64,000 nucleotides of DNA from a plasmid: the sequence record NZ_CP054002.1; one strand, given 5' to 3'. A model generated the notes under the pieces. The model saw only the letters and a list, made by a program, of their open reading frames with translations. It was not told the DNA's origin and made no database searches. Positions 1-10,883 of this stretch are shown one piece after another (the first letter of the stretch is position 1; each line of letters begins with the position of its first letter). The position numbers were made by a program, and so were the translations under genes.

Positions 1-549
1 GGCTTTTATCTGAAAGATACAGCCCTTCCGGAATCGTACCGGTTTGGGAAACTTTTGTTCGCCGGAAAACAAATGACCGCAGACGAGCAAAAGCATTATC
101 TGTATAACCAGATCTTTGCAGTTCTTAATGGTTCATCCAGCTATGAAGATTTTAAAGACCGGCTAGCGGAGCATAATATAAATCTGATCGAGCACGTCAA
201 CGGTAAAGGGATATACGGCATATCCTTTGCCCTTACAAATGTCGATACTCCGGAAATCTTTAAAAGCTCTGATGTATCAAGGAGATTAACCTATCAGAAC
301 ATACAAGACTTCTTCCAAAAAGAGCAGAATCCGGAACAGGGAAAAGAACAGGAGAGAGCAACACCCATCGATCCGGTTATCGTGTGTTATGCGAGTAATC
401 CGCACGAATGGGAGAAGGATCTTATCTATATGTACCCGGTTGCCATGTCAATGGCTTTAGATAACGGATCAGGGAAGCACCGGAAAGGTGATGAAGATCT
501 TCCGGACAACAAGAAAAAGAAAAAGCGAAATAAAGGATTATCATATTAA
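1..549 (+). CDS. 3' end (164 codons) of MOB relaxase gene; 5' part lies upstream of window (full equivalent at 36940..38356)
   Basis: Translation identical to C-terminus of ORF 37349..38356, which lies downstream of a relaxase HxDxxHxH-like segment (DKDHRHVHIL). Confidence 0.55.
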   Translation, partial: GFYLKDTALPESYRFGKLLFAGKQMTADEQKHYLYNQIFAVLNGSSSYEDFKDRLAEHNINLIEHVNGKGIYGISFALTNVDTPEIFKSSDVSRRLTYQNIQDFFQKEQNPEQGKEQERATPIDPVIVCYASNPHEWEKDLIYMYPVAMSMALDNGSGKHRKGDEDLPDNKKKKKRNKGLSY

Positions 550-594
550 TAACAAAATTGAATAGAAAATGCGCAAAAAAAGAAGCAAATTAGT

Positions 595-807
595 ATGGAA
601 GCAAATCGCTTCAAAAACGTAAGCGAATTGATAAAATCGTTTGAGGAGTATTCTGGGTTCAGTATTGATCCGGAAGAGATAGATACTCGTGATAAGCTGT
701 TGGATAAAATTTCGGAAATACAGGACTATTTATCTAATGAAGTATCAGATATATGTTCTCAGTATTATTATGAAGCAGGACAATTAATGCCTGAAGATGA
801 AGATTAA
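595..807 (+). CDS. small highly acidic hypothetical protein (70 aa; 19 D/E vs 6 K/R)
   Basis: Intact ORF immediately downstream of relaxase; identical copy at 38403..38615. Confidence 0.5.
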   Translation: MEANRFKNVSELIKSFEEYSGFSIDPEEIDTRDKLLDKISEIQDYLSNEVSDICSQYYYEAGQLMPEDED

Positions 808-824
808 CGTATAACGAATCGGAA

Positions 825-1085
825 ATGAACGATATACTATTCAAAAAAATAAAAAGAGCAAACAGTAAATATGCTGAATACTTATCAGCTTGCGATAAAG
901 TAGCTAAAGCAGCCCAAAAGCATATAAACTGGAACGATAGCGTAGGTTGTGCCTATATGCCGGGTGACGGTCTTTGCATAGAGATTGAAGCCCATGTTTG
1001 CCCAGCTACAAGATTTTTTGAGCTACCTGATATTATCGGTAATGATATGATTGATGAATACACATATCGAACCAATTGCATTTAA
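825..1085 (+). CDS. hypothetical protein (86 aa, Cys-containing)
   Basis: Intact ORF, identical copy at 38633..38893. Confidence 0.45.
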   Translation: MNDILFKKIKRANSKYAEYLSACDKVAKAAQKHINWNDSVGCAYMPGDGLCIEIEAHVCPATRFFELPDIIGNDMIDEYTYRTNCI

Positions 1086-1102
1086 TTTAAAACAAGTTAA
1101 TC

Positions 1103-2074
1103 ATGAACTACAGCGAAGTTTTAAATCCATACCAGCCGTTAGAAACCGGCGATTTCATGTACCGGTATTATATTAATGACCGGGAGTATATAATTTATTC
1201 ACCGGAACGAAACAAGATATCCTGTTTGGAGTTGTTCGATTTCAAAGATCTTAGCGCTTTTCAATTATCTATATCCATCCAAGCGAAAGTACAGGTGCAA
1301 TCGGAAAGCGAGGAATTGAAGGAGTTTAGTTTTGATCACGTATGTAGCAAAGAAGATCTGATAGCTTATCTCTTTGATATTACTGAAGGAAAAACGGAGA
1401 TCCGGAAGGTGAGAAAGGTTTCAAATAACGAGGGCTATTTCCTTTTTGAACTGAAGAGTGCGCATAAGATCCGGAACTTTTACCAGTTCAACCCGGAAAG
1501 TAAAGAGTATCAGCTCGTGTTTGACAATGATATTTGCTGTGCAGCGATATATGAAGATGTAACTTCTGATGTCGTAAACGTGTGCTGGAATCCTGCTATC
1601 TTTAGTATATTAGAAGGACAGACAGAGCAGCAGAATACTTCTTATCTTCTGCCTTCTTCTAATCCTATCCTTTGTGCGCATGTCTGCAAGAAAGCGCAGG
1701 AGAGAAACGCTAGGATCAATCTGTACGTAGGCAAAAACGGCATAGAAGCTCTTTTGTTCTTTTCTTACTATATAGCTTCTAAAGGAATTGAGAAAAGCAT
1801 TTCTATTTTTTCCGACAGTAAGCAGGTGACTGTAGAAATGGATCGTTGGAATCCTGTTACGGTGGTTAAACTTATGTCTAAGATGCAGAAAACGATCAAT
1901 GATAAGTTAAGGAAACAGTTTGGGGAAGAAGATGAAGTGACCATTTACCGGCTGGAATCCGTAGCGGGGAAATCTTTTCTTGCTTTTCAAAACCATCCTC
2001 TAGCAATAGATGTGTTCTTTCGGAATATCATCCCGTTATATGGTTTGGAAAATATTGAGTATATAGAAATGTAG
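1103..2074 (+). CDS. hypothetical protein (323 aa)
   Basis: Long intact ORF, identical copy at 38911..39882; no family recognised. Confidence 0.55.
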   Translation: MNYSEVLNPYQPLETGDFMYRYYINDREYIIYSPERNKISCLELFDFKDLSAFQLSISIQAKVQVQSESEELKEFSFDHVCSKEDLIAYLFDITEGKTEIRKVRKVSNNEGYFLFELKSAHKIRNFYQFNPESKEYQLVFDNDICCAAIYEDVTSDVVNVCWNPAIFSILEGQTEQQNTSYLLPSSNPILCAHVCKKAQERNARINLYVGKNGIEALLFFSYYIASKGIEKSISIFSDSKQVTVEMDRWNPVTVVKLMSKMQKTINDKLRKQFGEEDEVTIYRLESVAGKSFLAFQNHPLAIDVFFRNIIPLYGLENIEYIEM

Positions 2075-2394
2075 CTTGTTGTTTATCTGATAAACAAGAA
2101 AAAATTATTCTAAATAGGAAACATTTTTATAGGGAAATTGTTATTTTTGTGCAGTCGTAAACCGACCGTGTTTTTACATATTGAAGAAAAAAAGCGTTTA
2201 GCTGATTTCTGTGCAAGCGAAAAGTCCAAAAATTGCATTATACACAGAGAAACAGATAAATGCTCCCCGTGATATGCGGGGGGTATCTCCTGTTTGTGTG
2301 TATAGGGCTTGGACTCCCTCGCTTGCGGATAGGCGAATGCCCTTCCGCTTTTTTTATGTTTATTGGCTTGGTGTAGGGCACAAGCGAAAACCTT

Positions 2395-2721
2395 ATGGCA
2401 ATGGAAAAGACACAGCGAAAACAGTCCCTAAACTGCTTGTCAAACACTCCTAAGCTGTTTGACCTAAACGAACTACTAAGCTCGCTCAAGATCACACCCG
2501 GACAAATGGAGAACATGAAAGGGTTGATATACATCGAAGGGCTGACGGAAAAGCAAGTACGCCAAAGATTAAGCCATGCAAAGATCATCAGAACAAATAA
2601 ATTCGGGGTTAATTCCTGCCTGTATTATATCCTCTTTGAGGATGTAAAGGGGAGATATTTGTGCCTGTTTAACGGTGACAGGGAATGTTTCAGAGCGTTG
2701 TTTTTCAGTATTCACCTGTAA
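2395..2721 (+). CDS. hypothetical ORF (108 aa) directly upstream of ermF; may be non-coding leader/remnant
   Basis: ORF only; overlaps other small ORFs on both strands. Confidence 0.2.
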   Translation: MAMEKTQRKQSLNCLSNTPKLFDLNELLSSLKITPGQMENMKGLIYIEGLTEKQVRQRLSHAKIIRTNKFGVNSCLYYILFEDVKGRYLCLFNGDRECFRALFFSIHL

Positions 2722-2731
2722 GAAGTTACTA

Positions 2732-3532
2732 ATGACAAAAAAGAAATTGCCCGTTCGTTTTACGGGTCAGCACTTTACTATTGATAAAGTGCTAATAAAA
2801 GATGCAATAAGACAAGCAAATATAAGTAATCAGGATACGGTTTTAGATATTGGGGCAGGCAAGGGGTTTCTTACTGTTCATTTATTAAAAATCGCCAACA
2901 ATGTTGTTGCTATTGAAAACGACACAGCTTTGGTTGAACATTTACGAAAATTATTTTCTGATGCCCGAAATGTTCAAGTTGTCGGTTGTGATTTTAGGAA
3001 TTTTGCAGTTCCGAAATTTCCTTTCAAAGTGGTGTCAAATATTCCTTATGGCATTACTTCCGATATTTTCAAAATCCTGATGTTTGAGAGTCTTGGAAAT
3101 TTTCTGGGAGGTTCCATTGTCCTTCAATTAGAACCTACACAAAAGTTATTTTCGAGGAAGCTTTACAATCCATATACCGTTTTCTATCATACTTTTTTTG
3201 ATTTGAAACTTGTCTATGAGGTAGGTCCTGAAAGTTTCTTGCCACCGCCAACTGTCAAATCAGCCCTGTTAAACATTAAAAGAAAACACTTATTTTTTGA
3301 TTTTAAGTTTAAAGCCAAATACTTAGCATTTATTTCCTGTCTGTTAGAGAAACCTGATTTATCTGTAAAAACAGCTTTAAAGTCGATTTTCAGGAAAAGT
3401 CAGGTCAGGTCAATTTCGGAAAAATTCGGTTTAAACCTTAATGCTCAAATTGTTTGTTTGTCTCCAAGTCAATGGTTAAACTGTTTTTTGGAAATGCTGG
3501 AAGTTGTCCCTGAAAAATTTCATCCTTCGTAG
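2732..3532 (+). CDS. ermF: ErmF 23S rRNA (adenine-N6)-dimethyltransferase, 266 aa (MLS-B resistance)
   Basis: Translation from internal Met MTKKKLPVRFTGQHF...EVVPEKFHPS recognised as ErmF; SAM-binding LDIGAGKG motif; ORF-track start at 2675 is an upstream in-frame extension. Confidence 0.96.
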   Translation: MTKKKLPVRFTGQHFTIDKVLIKDAIRQANISNQDTVLDIGAGKGFLTVHLLKIANNVVAIENDTALVEHLRKLFSDARNVQVVGCDFRNFAVPKFPFKVVSNIPYGITSDIFKILMFESLGNFLGGSIVLQLEPTQKLFSRKLYNPYTVFYHTFFDLKLVYEVGPESFLPPPTVKSALLNIKRKHLFFDFKFKAKYLAFISCLLEKPDLSVKTALKSIFRKSQVRSISEKFGLNLNAQIVCLSPSQWLNCFLEMLEVVPEKFHPS

Positions 3533-3744
3533 TTCAAAGTCGGGTGGTTGTCAAGATGATTTTTTTGGTTTGGTGTCGTCTTTTTTTAAGCTGCCGCATA
3601 ACGGCTGGCAAATTGGCGATGGAGCCGACTTTTAGCACAAATGTTGAATAGAATTACTAATCTTCAACATTGCACAAAAGTTCAATAGAAGTACTTCACC
3701 GGCTCTATTGCCAATTTGTTTGTTATGTGCCGTTTTATTCCATT

Positions 3745-4911
<1,167 letters not shown>

Positions 4912-4914
4912 TCA

Positions 4915-5110
4915 AAAATGGCCCATAACAATGGCTCGGCGAATTGGCGAAGTAGCGAAGCTGTATCGAAGATACAAAAGCGGAGCTATTTAGCCAAGTC
5001 GCTTGTTGTAAGCAGTCCGCGAAGCGGCGGCTTACGGCAAGCGACGTAAGTCGCCGAGCCATTGTTAGCAAGGAGCGCAGCGGATTGCTAACAACGGTTT
5101 GCAGCTATAC
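4915..5110. other. GC-rich highly structured region with nested inverted repeats upstream of tetX
   Basis: AACAATGGCTCGGCGA at ~4927 and its reverse complement at ~5050; TTGTTAGCAA/TTGCTAACAA hairpin at ~5068-5097; repeated GCGAAG units. Confidence 0.4.
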
Positions 5111-5692
5111 GCAGGCAGGGATTTTTACCACTAAGCTACCTACGATGAACTGAACTTTAAATTTACCACTTTCCTGTCTTACGAAGCACGAACCCCCTGC
5201 TTGCGTATAGGTGATGTTATGCGGTCGGCTTTCATTTTCTCTTCTTTCTCGTTAATTTGTCAAGCAAAGTTACTAAATTTGCAGTCAAGCAATTTCAATT
5301 TTTGAATTATGTATTTCAGCAGACCTTGGACTTCTATCTAAGTGATAGGCAGTCCTGAATAAATTCCAATCAATCTTTTAGGGCAAGACAATCAGTCTAT
5401 GCTTTGTGTGTGCTGTCATTTTTTTTGATGGCATTGCTTTGTCGTAGTTGCTCTGTCGGGTAATACTGTCTATTCACTTCTCTGTGATTTGAATTCAAGG
5501 TATTACTAAATTAACCCCCTATAAGATAGAATTGTAAAGTTCTTTTCATCCGCAAAATGGAATGAATAGAACGTAATATTCATATTGTTAAAATCTATTA
5601 ACGGGGGGGGGTAAATTCTAATTTGTATTTCTACATGCTTTGAATAATAAAATATATACATATTTTTGAACCATTAAAATATAAACTTTATC

Positions 5693-5893
5693 ATGGAAAA
5701 AGCAAATATAGGATTTAAAGCCGGGATCATCTTAGAAAAATTAGGCGAAACCGGACTTATAACCATTGCCGAGCTTGCGAGAAGGCTAAATCTTGCGGCT
5801 GATGAAACCGCACTCGCCGCCGGGTGGCTCGCACGTGAGAATAAGATATACATCGAACGGCGAAACGGTTTGCTGTATATCAGGAAAGAGTGA
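5693..5893 (+). CDS. small putative winged-helix DNA-binding protein (66 aa)
   Basis: Intact ORF; shares AxGWLAREDKI motif with adjacent paralog. Confidence 0.45.
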   Translation: MEKANIGFKAGIILEKLGETGLITIAELARRLNLAADETALAAGWLARENKIYIERRNGLLYIRKE

Positions 5894-6015
5894 TACAACG
5901 TATCAAAAGGATAAACGATAAACGCTGGAATGTTTGCAGTGCGTAACACTATTGATGTAAAAGTGCTTTTCATTATCCATTTGAAACCATTTATAAACTT
6001 ATAAAAAATACAGGT

Positions 6016-6252
6016 ATGGATAAGCACATCATCAGAGAGAACGCAGGGAAACTCTGGCGCTTATTAAGCACAGACGTACACCGGAAATGGAATTTGCAGG
6101 AAGTAAAGGAATTGACAGGGTTCAATGATCTGGAAGTCGCCAGTGCGATAGGCTGGCTCGCTCGTGAGGACAAGATTCAATTCGAGCTTGAACACCACGA
6201 CACTAAGGATAAGAACGCATTACTATACCTTATGTTGAACGTCTATTTCTAA
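6016..6252 (+). CDS. small putative winged-helix DNA-binding protein, paralog of 5693..5893 (78 aa)
   Basis: ASAIGWLAREDKI vs ALAAGWLARENKI in neighbour. Confidence 0.45.
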   Translation: MDKHIIRENAGKLWRLLSTDVHRKWNLQEVKELTGFNDLEVASAIGWLAREDKIQFELEHHDTKDKNALLYLMLNVYF

Positions 6253-6275
6253 ACACCTCCCTTTGAATTGTAAAA

Positions 6276-6320
6276 GCCTCCGGCGGGGTTTTCGCCGGGG
6301 GGCTTCTTGCATTTGCATAT
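6276..6320. repeat. 45-bp hairpin-containing repeat element, copy 1 (GCCTCCGGCGGGGTTTTCGCCGGGGGGCTTCTTGCATTTGCATAT)
   Basis: Identical 45-mer at 7620..7664; CCGGCG/CGCCGG stem with GGGTTTT loop, A-tract before and CTTCTT after (terminator-like). Confidence 0.6.
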
Positions 6321-6596
6321 ATAACCTCAAAGGCAAGTCAAATCGGACGGGGTGGCGGTCGGACGGCTGAAAAGTCGAAAACGTAACACAGGCGTGTTAC
6401 TACTTGTCTTTGACAAGGCATTTTTTAGGGGTGCTGGCATACAATCCGAAAGGGGCGGGAACGGCTGTTCCCGTTTGTTCTCCCTGCAACCTACAGGATA
6501 TTAACCTTAAATCATTAAGTGATAAACACTATATTTAATAACCCCTTTTAGCCAACAAATTGTTATCTTTGCGTAGGGTAAACAAAAAATAAGCTT

Positions 6597-7040
6597 ATGA
6601 AAACTGCTATGGAAAAAAAAGAAACCGGCTTAATGAGACAGATCGGTTATCTCTCTTTTGTCGTTGTTTTGTTGTATGGGCTTACGCTATTTGCGGTTTC
6701 TTGTGACAATGATGAAGATCCTCCTCTTCCTCCCGCAGTGGAAAAAGTAGTGCTGGCATTTGGTGTGGATCAGGGTGAAGGTCAGCTTTCGGCTAAACCG
6801 GAGTTGGAAAATACGGCTGCGGAAAAGATAGGAGAATTGATCTCTCCGGCTGAAATAGCGAAAGGCACAACGGTGCATTTTCGTGCTACCCATTCCAAAT
6901 CATGGACAATCATGTATTGGAAAGTCAATGGCGTCATTATTCGTTCTGTGGAGCCGGAGCAGACTTTCGTCATCGATGAGCATAAGGAGGTTCGGGTTGC
7001 TTTCAAGCCTTACAAGTCACCGGAACCGGAGGGGCTGTAA
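6597..7040 (+). CDS. lipoprotein (147 aa; signal peptide with lipobox-like AVSC)
   Basis: N-terminal hydrophobic segment followed by Cys; TATCTTTG -7-like box ~30 bp upstream. Confidence 0.5.
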   Translation: MKTAMEKKETGLMRQIGYLSFVVVLLYGLTLFAVSCDNDEDPPLPPAVEKVVLAFGVDQGEGQLSAKPELENTAAEKIGELISPAEIAKGTTVHFRATHSKSWTIMYWKVNGVIIRSVEPEQTFVIDEHKEVRVAFKPYKSPEPEGL

Positions 7041-7122
7041 AACAAACTGTGTCAGCAAAGCAATAAAATATTAATTTTGCTGACACAGTTTAATTGAATT
7101 CTCTTTTTGCTGTTCATTTGCT

Positions 7123-7428
7123 TTATTTCAGGACTTCGCCCTTCTCGTTGAAGAACACTTCGCTGTCCGTGCCTTCTGCATCGGTAAATGTCACCTTGTA
7201 GGTCTTTGTGCCTTCCTCGCTTTCCTCAACTGCGGCTTCCTTGATTGTCAGGTCTGCGAAATCCTTCTTGATCGTGTCCTGAACCGCCTGCGGCAGATCC
7301 TTTACCTCGATTGGCTTATAATCGTTCACCATTACCACAATCTCAACATCCGATACCATGTTGCCGGCGAATGCCACTGAACTACCCAATCCCATAACAA
7401 GTGCTACTGCAAATAATACCTTTTTCAT
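7123..7428 (-). CDS. small secreted protein (101 aa, signal peptide)
   Basis: MKKVLFAVALVMGLGSSVAFA signal peptide. Confidence 0.5.
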   Translation of the reverse strand: MKKVLFAVALVMGLGSSVAFAGNMVSDVEIVVMVNDYKPIEVKDLPQAVQDTIKKDFADLTIKEAAVEESEEGTKTYKVTFTDAEGTDSEVFFNEKGEVLK

Positions 7429-7619
7429 AATCCAATCTATTTAAATATTTAACATATGGTTTCTGAAAGACAAAGAACAAACATTGTGCCAAACAAACAA
7501 ACAAGTCATATATACCTGATAATCAAAAGCATACAAAAAACACATATATTTATTGAAGAACTGTTATCTGTGTATCATTTCCACATTTTGTGGAAACGAT
7601 ACACAGACTTTCTACAATT

Positions 7620-7664
7620 GCCTCCGGCGGGGTTTTCGCCGGGGGGCTTCTTGCATTTGCATAT
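7620..7664. repeat. 45-bp hairpin-containing repeat element, copy 2
   Basis: Identical to 6276..6320. Confidence 0.6.
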
Positions 7665-8078
7665 CTATCAAAAAGAAAGCAATATCGGAGCGTTACACCA
7701 TAAAAACAGCTAGCCGGTTATTACAAAATGATATTGCCACAGTTGAGCATAAGGACAGGTCCAGCTATAAAATGGAGTAGGAGAGTAGCAAAATGATATT
7801 TATGTTTTAGGCGTTCCCTTCGGTCAGGCTTTCCGCTTCTACATGGTAAACGCTTCAATCCTTAACGCATAATGCCCACCCACCCGAATAAGGTAGGCTA
7901 TTTTCCGATTGATCGGTTCGGTGAGCCATCCGGTAAACCGAATGACTTTCACCGATCCGAACAGTCGGAAAAGGAGTACCCGGAATAAACCTTTCCGGCT
8001 GATAGGTGCAAGCACTTACCAGCTGGAAAGATATATTCCTGCATGGGTACTCCGGTAGCCGGTTGTTTGATCCCGTTA

Positions 8079-9002
8079 TTATACTTTCGGAAAAAATCTG
8101 TGTTTAGATACTTTTTCTGTGTTTAATCCTAGTTCTTTGCTATCGCTTTGGGCTAGTTTGATGTTGCTTAATCCGGGAGCATCAGAGGGCAGACCGAAGA
8201 TCTTCTGGACTGCTATCATCGTTGGAGCCGGTGCGGATCCTTTCAGGTTGTTTATCGCTTCCGGAGAAGGGATATATCCTTCATCCTTTAGGAAAGAGAT
8301 CTGTGCAAAGTCATTTTTTTTTATGGCAAGAAAAAAGTCTTTTTCTTTTAGATATTGATCTACCATTTCTTTTAAATCATCTTTTACTAATGACCAGTAG
8401 TTACCCTTGAAGCAATCTATTCCTTCAGGTGATTCTTTTACAGAATCTATTTTTTGAAACCCATTTAATATACCTTCCTCTGTAACACTCCATTCGTTCC
8501 TTTTTATTCCCCAGTCGATCATATCTTTGAATGAATATTTTTCATTTAGTTCGTGGATATCCCAAAAGTCTTTTTGTCTTGGTTCTTCTTCTGTAATGGC
8601 AGATAGTTTCATGGCTGCTATTTCCCGTATGTCTGCTATTCGTATGTGGTCGATTTCTTGTATGGGGAAAATAAATTTTTCAGTATAGAAAAAATCGACT
8701 TTAATTTTGTCTATAGGGGAGTCCCCCATGTATAGTGTATATCCTAAAGCTGATGTGTCCAGAGAATCTGTATTCTCGGAATATGGAAAACTCCTTTGAA
8801 TAAACTCTTTCATTTCTTTTGTATTCATGGTTCCATAATCTATATCAGTGAATAAATCTATGTCAATAGATCTTCGATGTCCTAGTTGTAGGCTCAAACA
8901 GGTTCCACCTATAAGCGTGAAATCTTTAAAAATAGGACTATTGACCAGCTTTTGCAGAGTTTCTTTTAATAAAGGAGAAACAGTTTCATAATGTAAGTTC
9001 AT
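8079..9002 (-). CDS. AbiEii/AbiGii-family nucleotidyltransferase (307 aa) with extra ~60-aa C-terminal shared module
   Basis: GGTCLSLQLGHRRSIDIDLF nucleotidyltransferase motif; C-terminus KKNDFAQISFLKDEGYIPSP...TMIAVQKIFGL shared with four other proteins. Confidence 0.65.
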   Translation of the reverse strand: MNLHYETVSPLLKETLQKLVNSPIFKDFTLIGGTCLSLQLGHRRSIDIDLFTDIDYGTMNTKEMKEFIQRSFPYSENTDSLDTSALGYTLYMGDSPIDKIKVDFFYTEKFIFPIQEIDHIRIADIREIAAMKLSAITEEEPRQKDFWDIHELNEKYSFKDMIDWGIKRNEWSVTEEGILNGFQKIDSVKESPEGIDCFKGNYWSLVKDDLKEMVDQYLKEKDFFLAIKKNDFAQISFLKDEGYIPSPEAINNLKGSAPAPTMIAVQKIFGLPSDAPGLSNIKLAQSDSKELGLNTEKVSKHRFFPKV

Positions 9003-9547
9003 AGAATGTATTTTTGATAGTTATCGTTTCTTGTGTTACTATTCCATTTGTTTTTTATGTTGGGAATGACTTGTTTTATGGTTTCTATTCCATAGAACCG
9101 AATAATCTCCTTGATCTCGATATCGTTGCCATATTCAAAAGCCCGTTGTATAACCCATTCCTTGTTCCTTATCCAATTTATCTTATCTATTCGTGTGTCC
9201 CAAAATAATCCTTTACTTAGTTTAGATAAGTCAGGATGTTTCTTTCGCTCTTCTTTCATTATGAAGGTATATATGTCATGGTTGGCTTGTATTTTAAAGA
9301 AAAAGCCTTCAATGTTTATGTTTAACGCTTTTTCTATTGAAATGGAGGCTTTTATAGTGAATTTTCGTTCCCCTTTTATATAGTCACAAATACGTTGCGG
9401 ATATTCATTTGACATATGCGCTAACTTTTTTTGAGATATATTCCTTTTTTTAAGGATTACATCCAATATCTTACCTGCCGGAACATCTTCCATTGACAAG
9501 TATTTTTCATATTTTATATTCATAGGACTATAATTTTGTTTTGGCAA
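8999..9547 (-). CDS. XRE-type HTH protein (182 aa), putative antitoxin/regulator partner of 8079..9002
   Basis: N-terminal HTH (ISQKKLAHMS...ICDYIKGERKFT); 4-bp overlap with downstream nucleotidyltransferase gene. Confidence 0.5.
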   Translation of the reverse strand: MPKQNYSPMNIKYEKYLSMEDVPAGKILDVILKKRNISQKKLAHMSNEYPQRICDYIKGERKFTIKASISIEKALNINIEGFFFKIQANHDIYTFIMKEERKKHPDLSKLSKGLFWDTRIDKINWIRNKEWVIQRAFEYGNDIEIKEIIRFYGIETIKQVIPNIKNKWNSNTRNDNYQKYIL

Positions 9548-9601
9548 AAATAATGACTCTTAATACAATAACCAAATTTGGTTATTGTTATTTTGGAAAA
9601 A

Positions 9602-10879
9602 TTATAATGCCTGCTCAATATTTTTCCCGATTGTTTGCCTATCATTTTGGGCTAGCTTTATGTCGCTTAGTCCGGGAGTATCAGAGAGCAGACCGAAGAT
9701 CTTCTGGACTGCTATCATCGTTGGAGCCGGTGCGGATCCTTTCAGTTCGTCTATTATTTTAGGGGAAGGGATATACCCTTCATCCTTCAGCCCGGCGATC
9801 CGGGTAAAATCGTTTTTTTTTATGGCATCTTGGAACTCACATTCCTTGCCTTTTGATATGGATGCTTGTAGATCATCGTTCCAATCACTGTTTACCGATA
9901 ACTCCACGTTAGGCAGTTGAAGAACTTTATCCTTCAGTTCTTCAACTGGCAGACCTTCAATATTGGGTAACTCTTGACCTTTTAAGAATGTATCTAGCTT
10001 CAGCGCATATTTATAGCCGTTGCTATCATTGTCAAATATATAAGTAACCTGATCGGTTATATTATTAATATTTTGCTTTGACAGGAGCAGCTTTATAACG
10101 CCCATTTGTCCCTGTGTGATGTTCCCTTCAGTGCTGATATATAAGATGTTCTTTTCGGTATTCAGAAGCTTCATTTGATAATGGGACGCAGCATCGATCA
10201 TGCTTTCACTGATATATATATGCTCTATTGGTCTTGTCTTGTCATGCTTAGACACTACGATACTATCGTATTTGTTGCCTGATATGCCTTTGAAGCTCTT
10301 GCCGTCTTCAGGTCTTATCCCCCTTTGGGAAATACCCTGAAAGCCGTTTTGGTTAATAAGTCTGGTACAGGTATTATTATAGACTTTTCCATCTTTCCGG
10401 TGTTCCCTAGAGGTGAATACCCCGGAAAATACCGGTGAAGATAGTGTATCTTGAGTAATTCCTCTCTTTTGCAAGAAATCCCCTTGATAGGGTTTCAGTT
10501 GGCTGTTCAGGAACGCCAGCTGATTAGGATCTAGTTTTGCGTTGCTAACTCCAAACCGGCTATCTTGAGATAATACGACTTCTTTATTGTTTACATAGTT
10601 CTGAACGGCTTCCCCGGCTTCTCGCAGGCTAGGCATTCTCCCGGTCTGGTCGTAGATATGCTTCTGCATTAGATCTATGATAGTCTTTCCTCGTGCTTCT
10701 CCGTGAACGTCCCAATAGGTATAGTAATCCTTACTATTCTTCTTGATAATAACGGTATCGGATCCGTTGCTCATCTTAGGGGACGAGTTGGAAGATCCGG
10801 AAACAAACTTCCAGCCTAAATAGAGAAAAAACTCCGGAAGGGAAACATCCCTTTTCAGTTTGTCAAAGTCTACTTTCAT
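9602..10879 (-). CDS. Toprim-domain protein (425 aa; DUF3991-like N-terminus, tentative) with C-terminal shared module
   Basis: Acidic toprim motifs ISESMIDAAS and IFDNDSNGYKYA; C-terminal KKNDFTRIAGLKDEGYIPSP module. Confidence 0.5.
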   Translation of the reverse strand: MKVDFDKLKRDVSLPEFFLYLGWKFVSGSSNSSPKMSNGSDTVIIKKNSKDYYTYWDVHGEARGKTIIDLMQKHIYDQTGRMPSLREAGEAVQNYVNNKEVVLSQDSRFGVSNAKLDPNQLAFLNSQLKPYQGDFLQKRGITQDTLSSPVFSGVFTSREHRKDGKVYNNTCTRLINQNGFQGISQRGIRPEDGKSFKGISGNKYDSIVVSKHDKTRPIEHIYISESMIDAASHYQMKLLNTEKNILYISTEGNITQGQMGVIKLLLSKQNINNITDQVTYIFDNDSNGYKYALKLDTFLKGQELPNIEGLPVEELKDKVLQLPNVELSVNSDWNDDLQASISKGKECEFQDAIKKNDFTRIAGLKDEGYIPSPKIIDELKGSAPAPTMIAVQKIFGLLSDTPGLSDIKLAQNDRQTIGKNIEQAL

Positions 10880-10883
10880 AACG

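Noticed and set aside
2211-2588. Overlapping ORFs 2211..2453 (+) and 2238..2588 (-) upstream of ermF
   Set aside because: They are mutually exclusive, span a variable poly-G run and differ between copies, so they are probably non-coding leader sequence.
6276-6320. Simple rho-independent terminator reading of the 45-bp element
   Set aside because: The stem is imperfect and the T-tract weak. An exact 45-nt duplication suggests more than a generic terminator, so it is reported as a repeat element instead.
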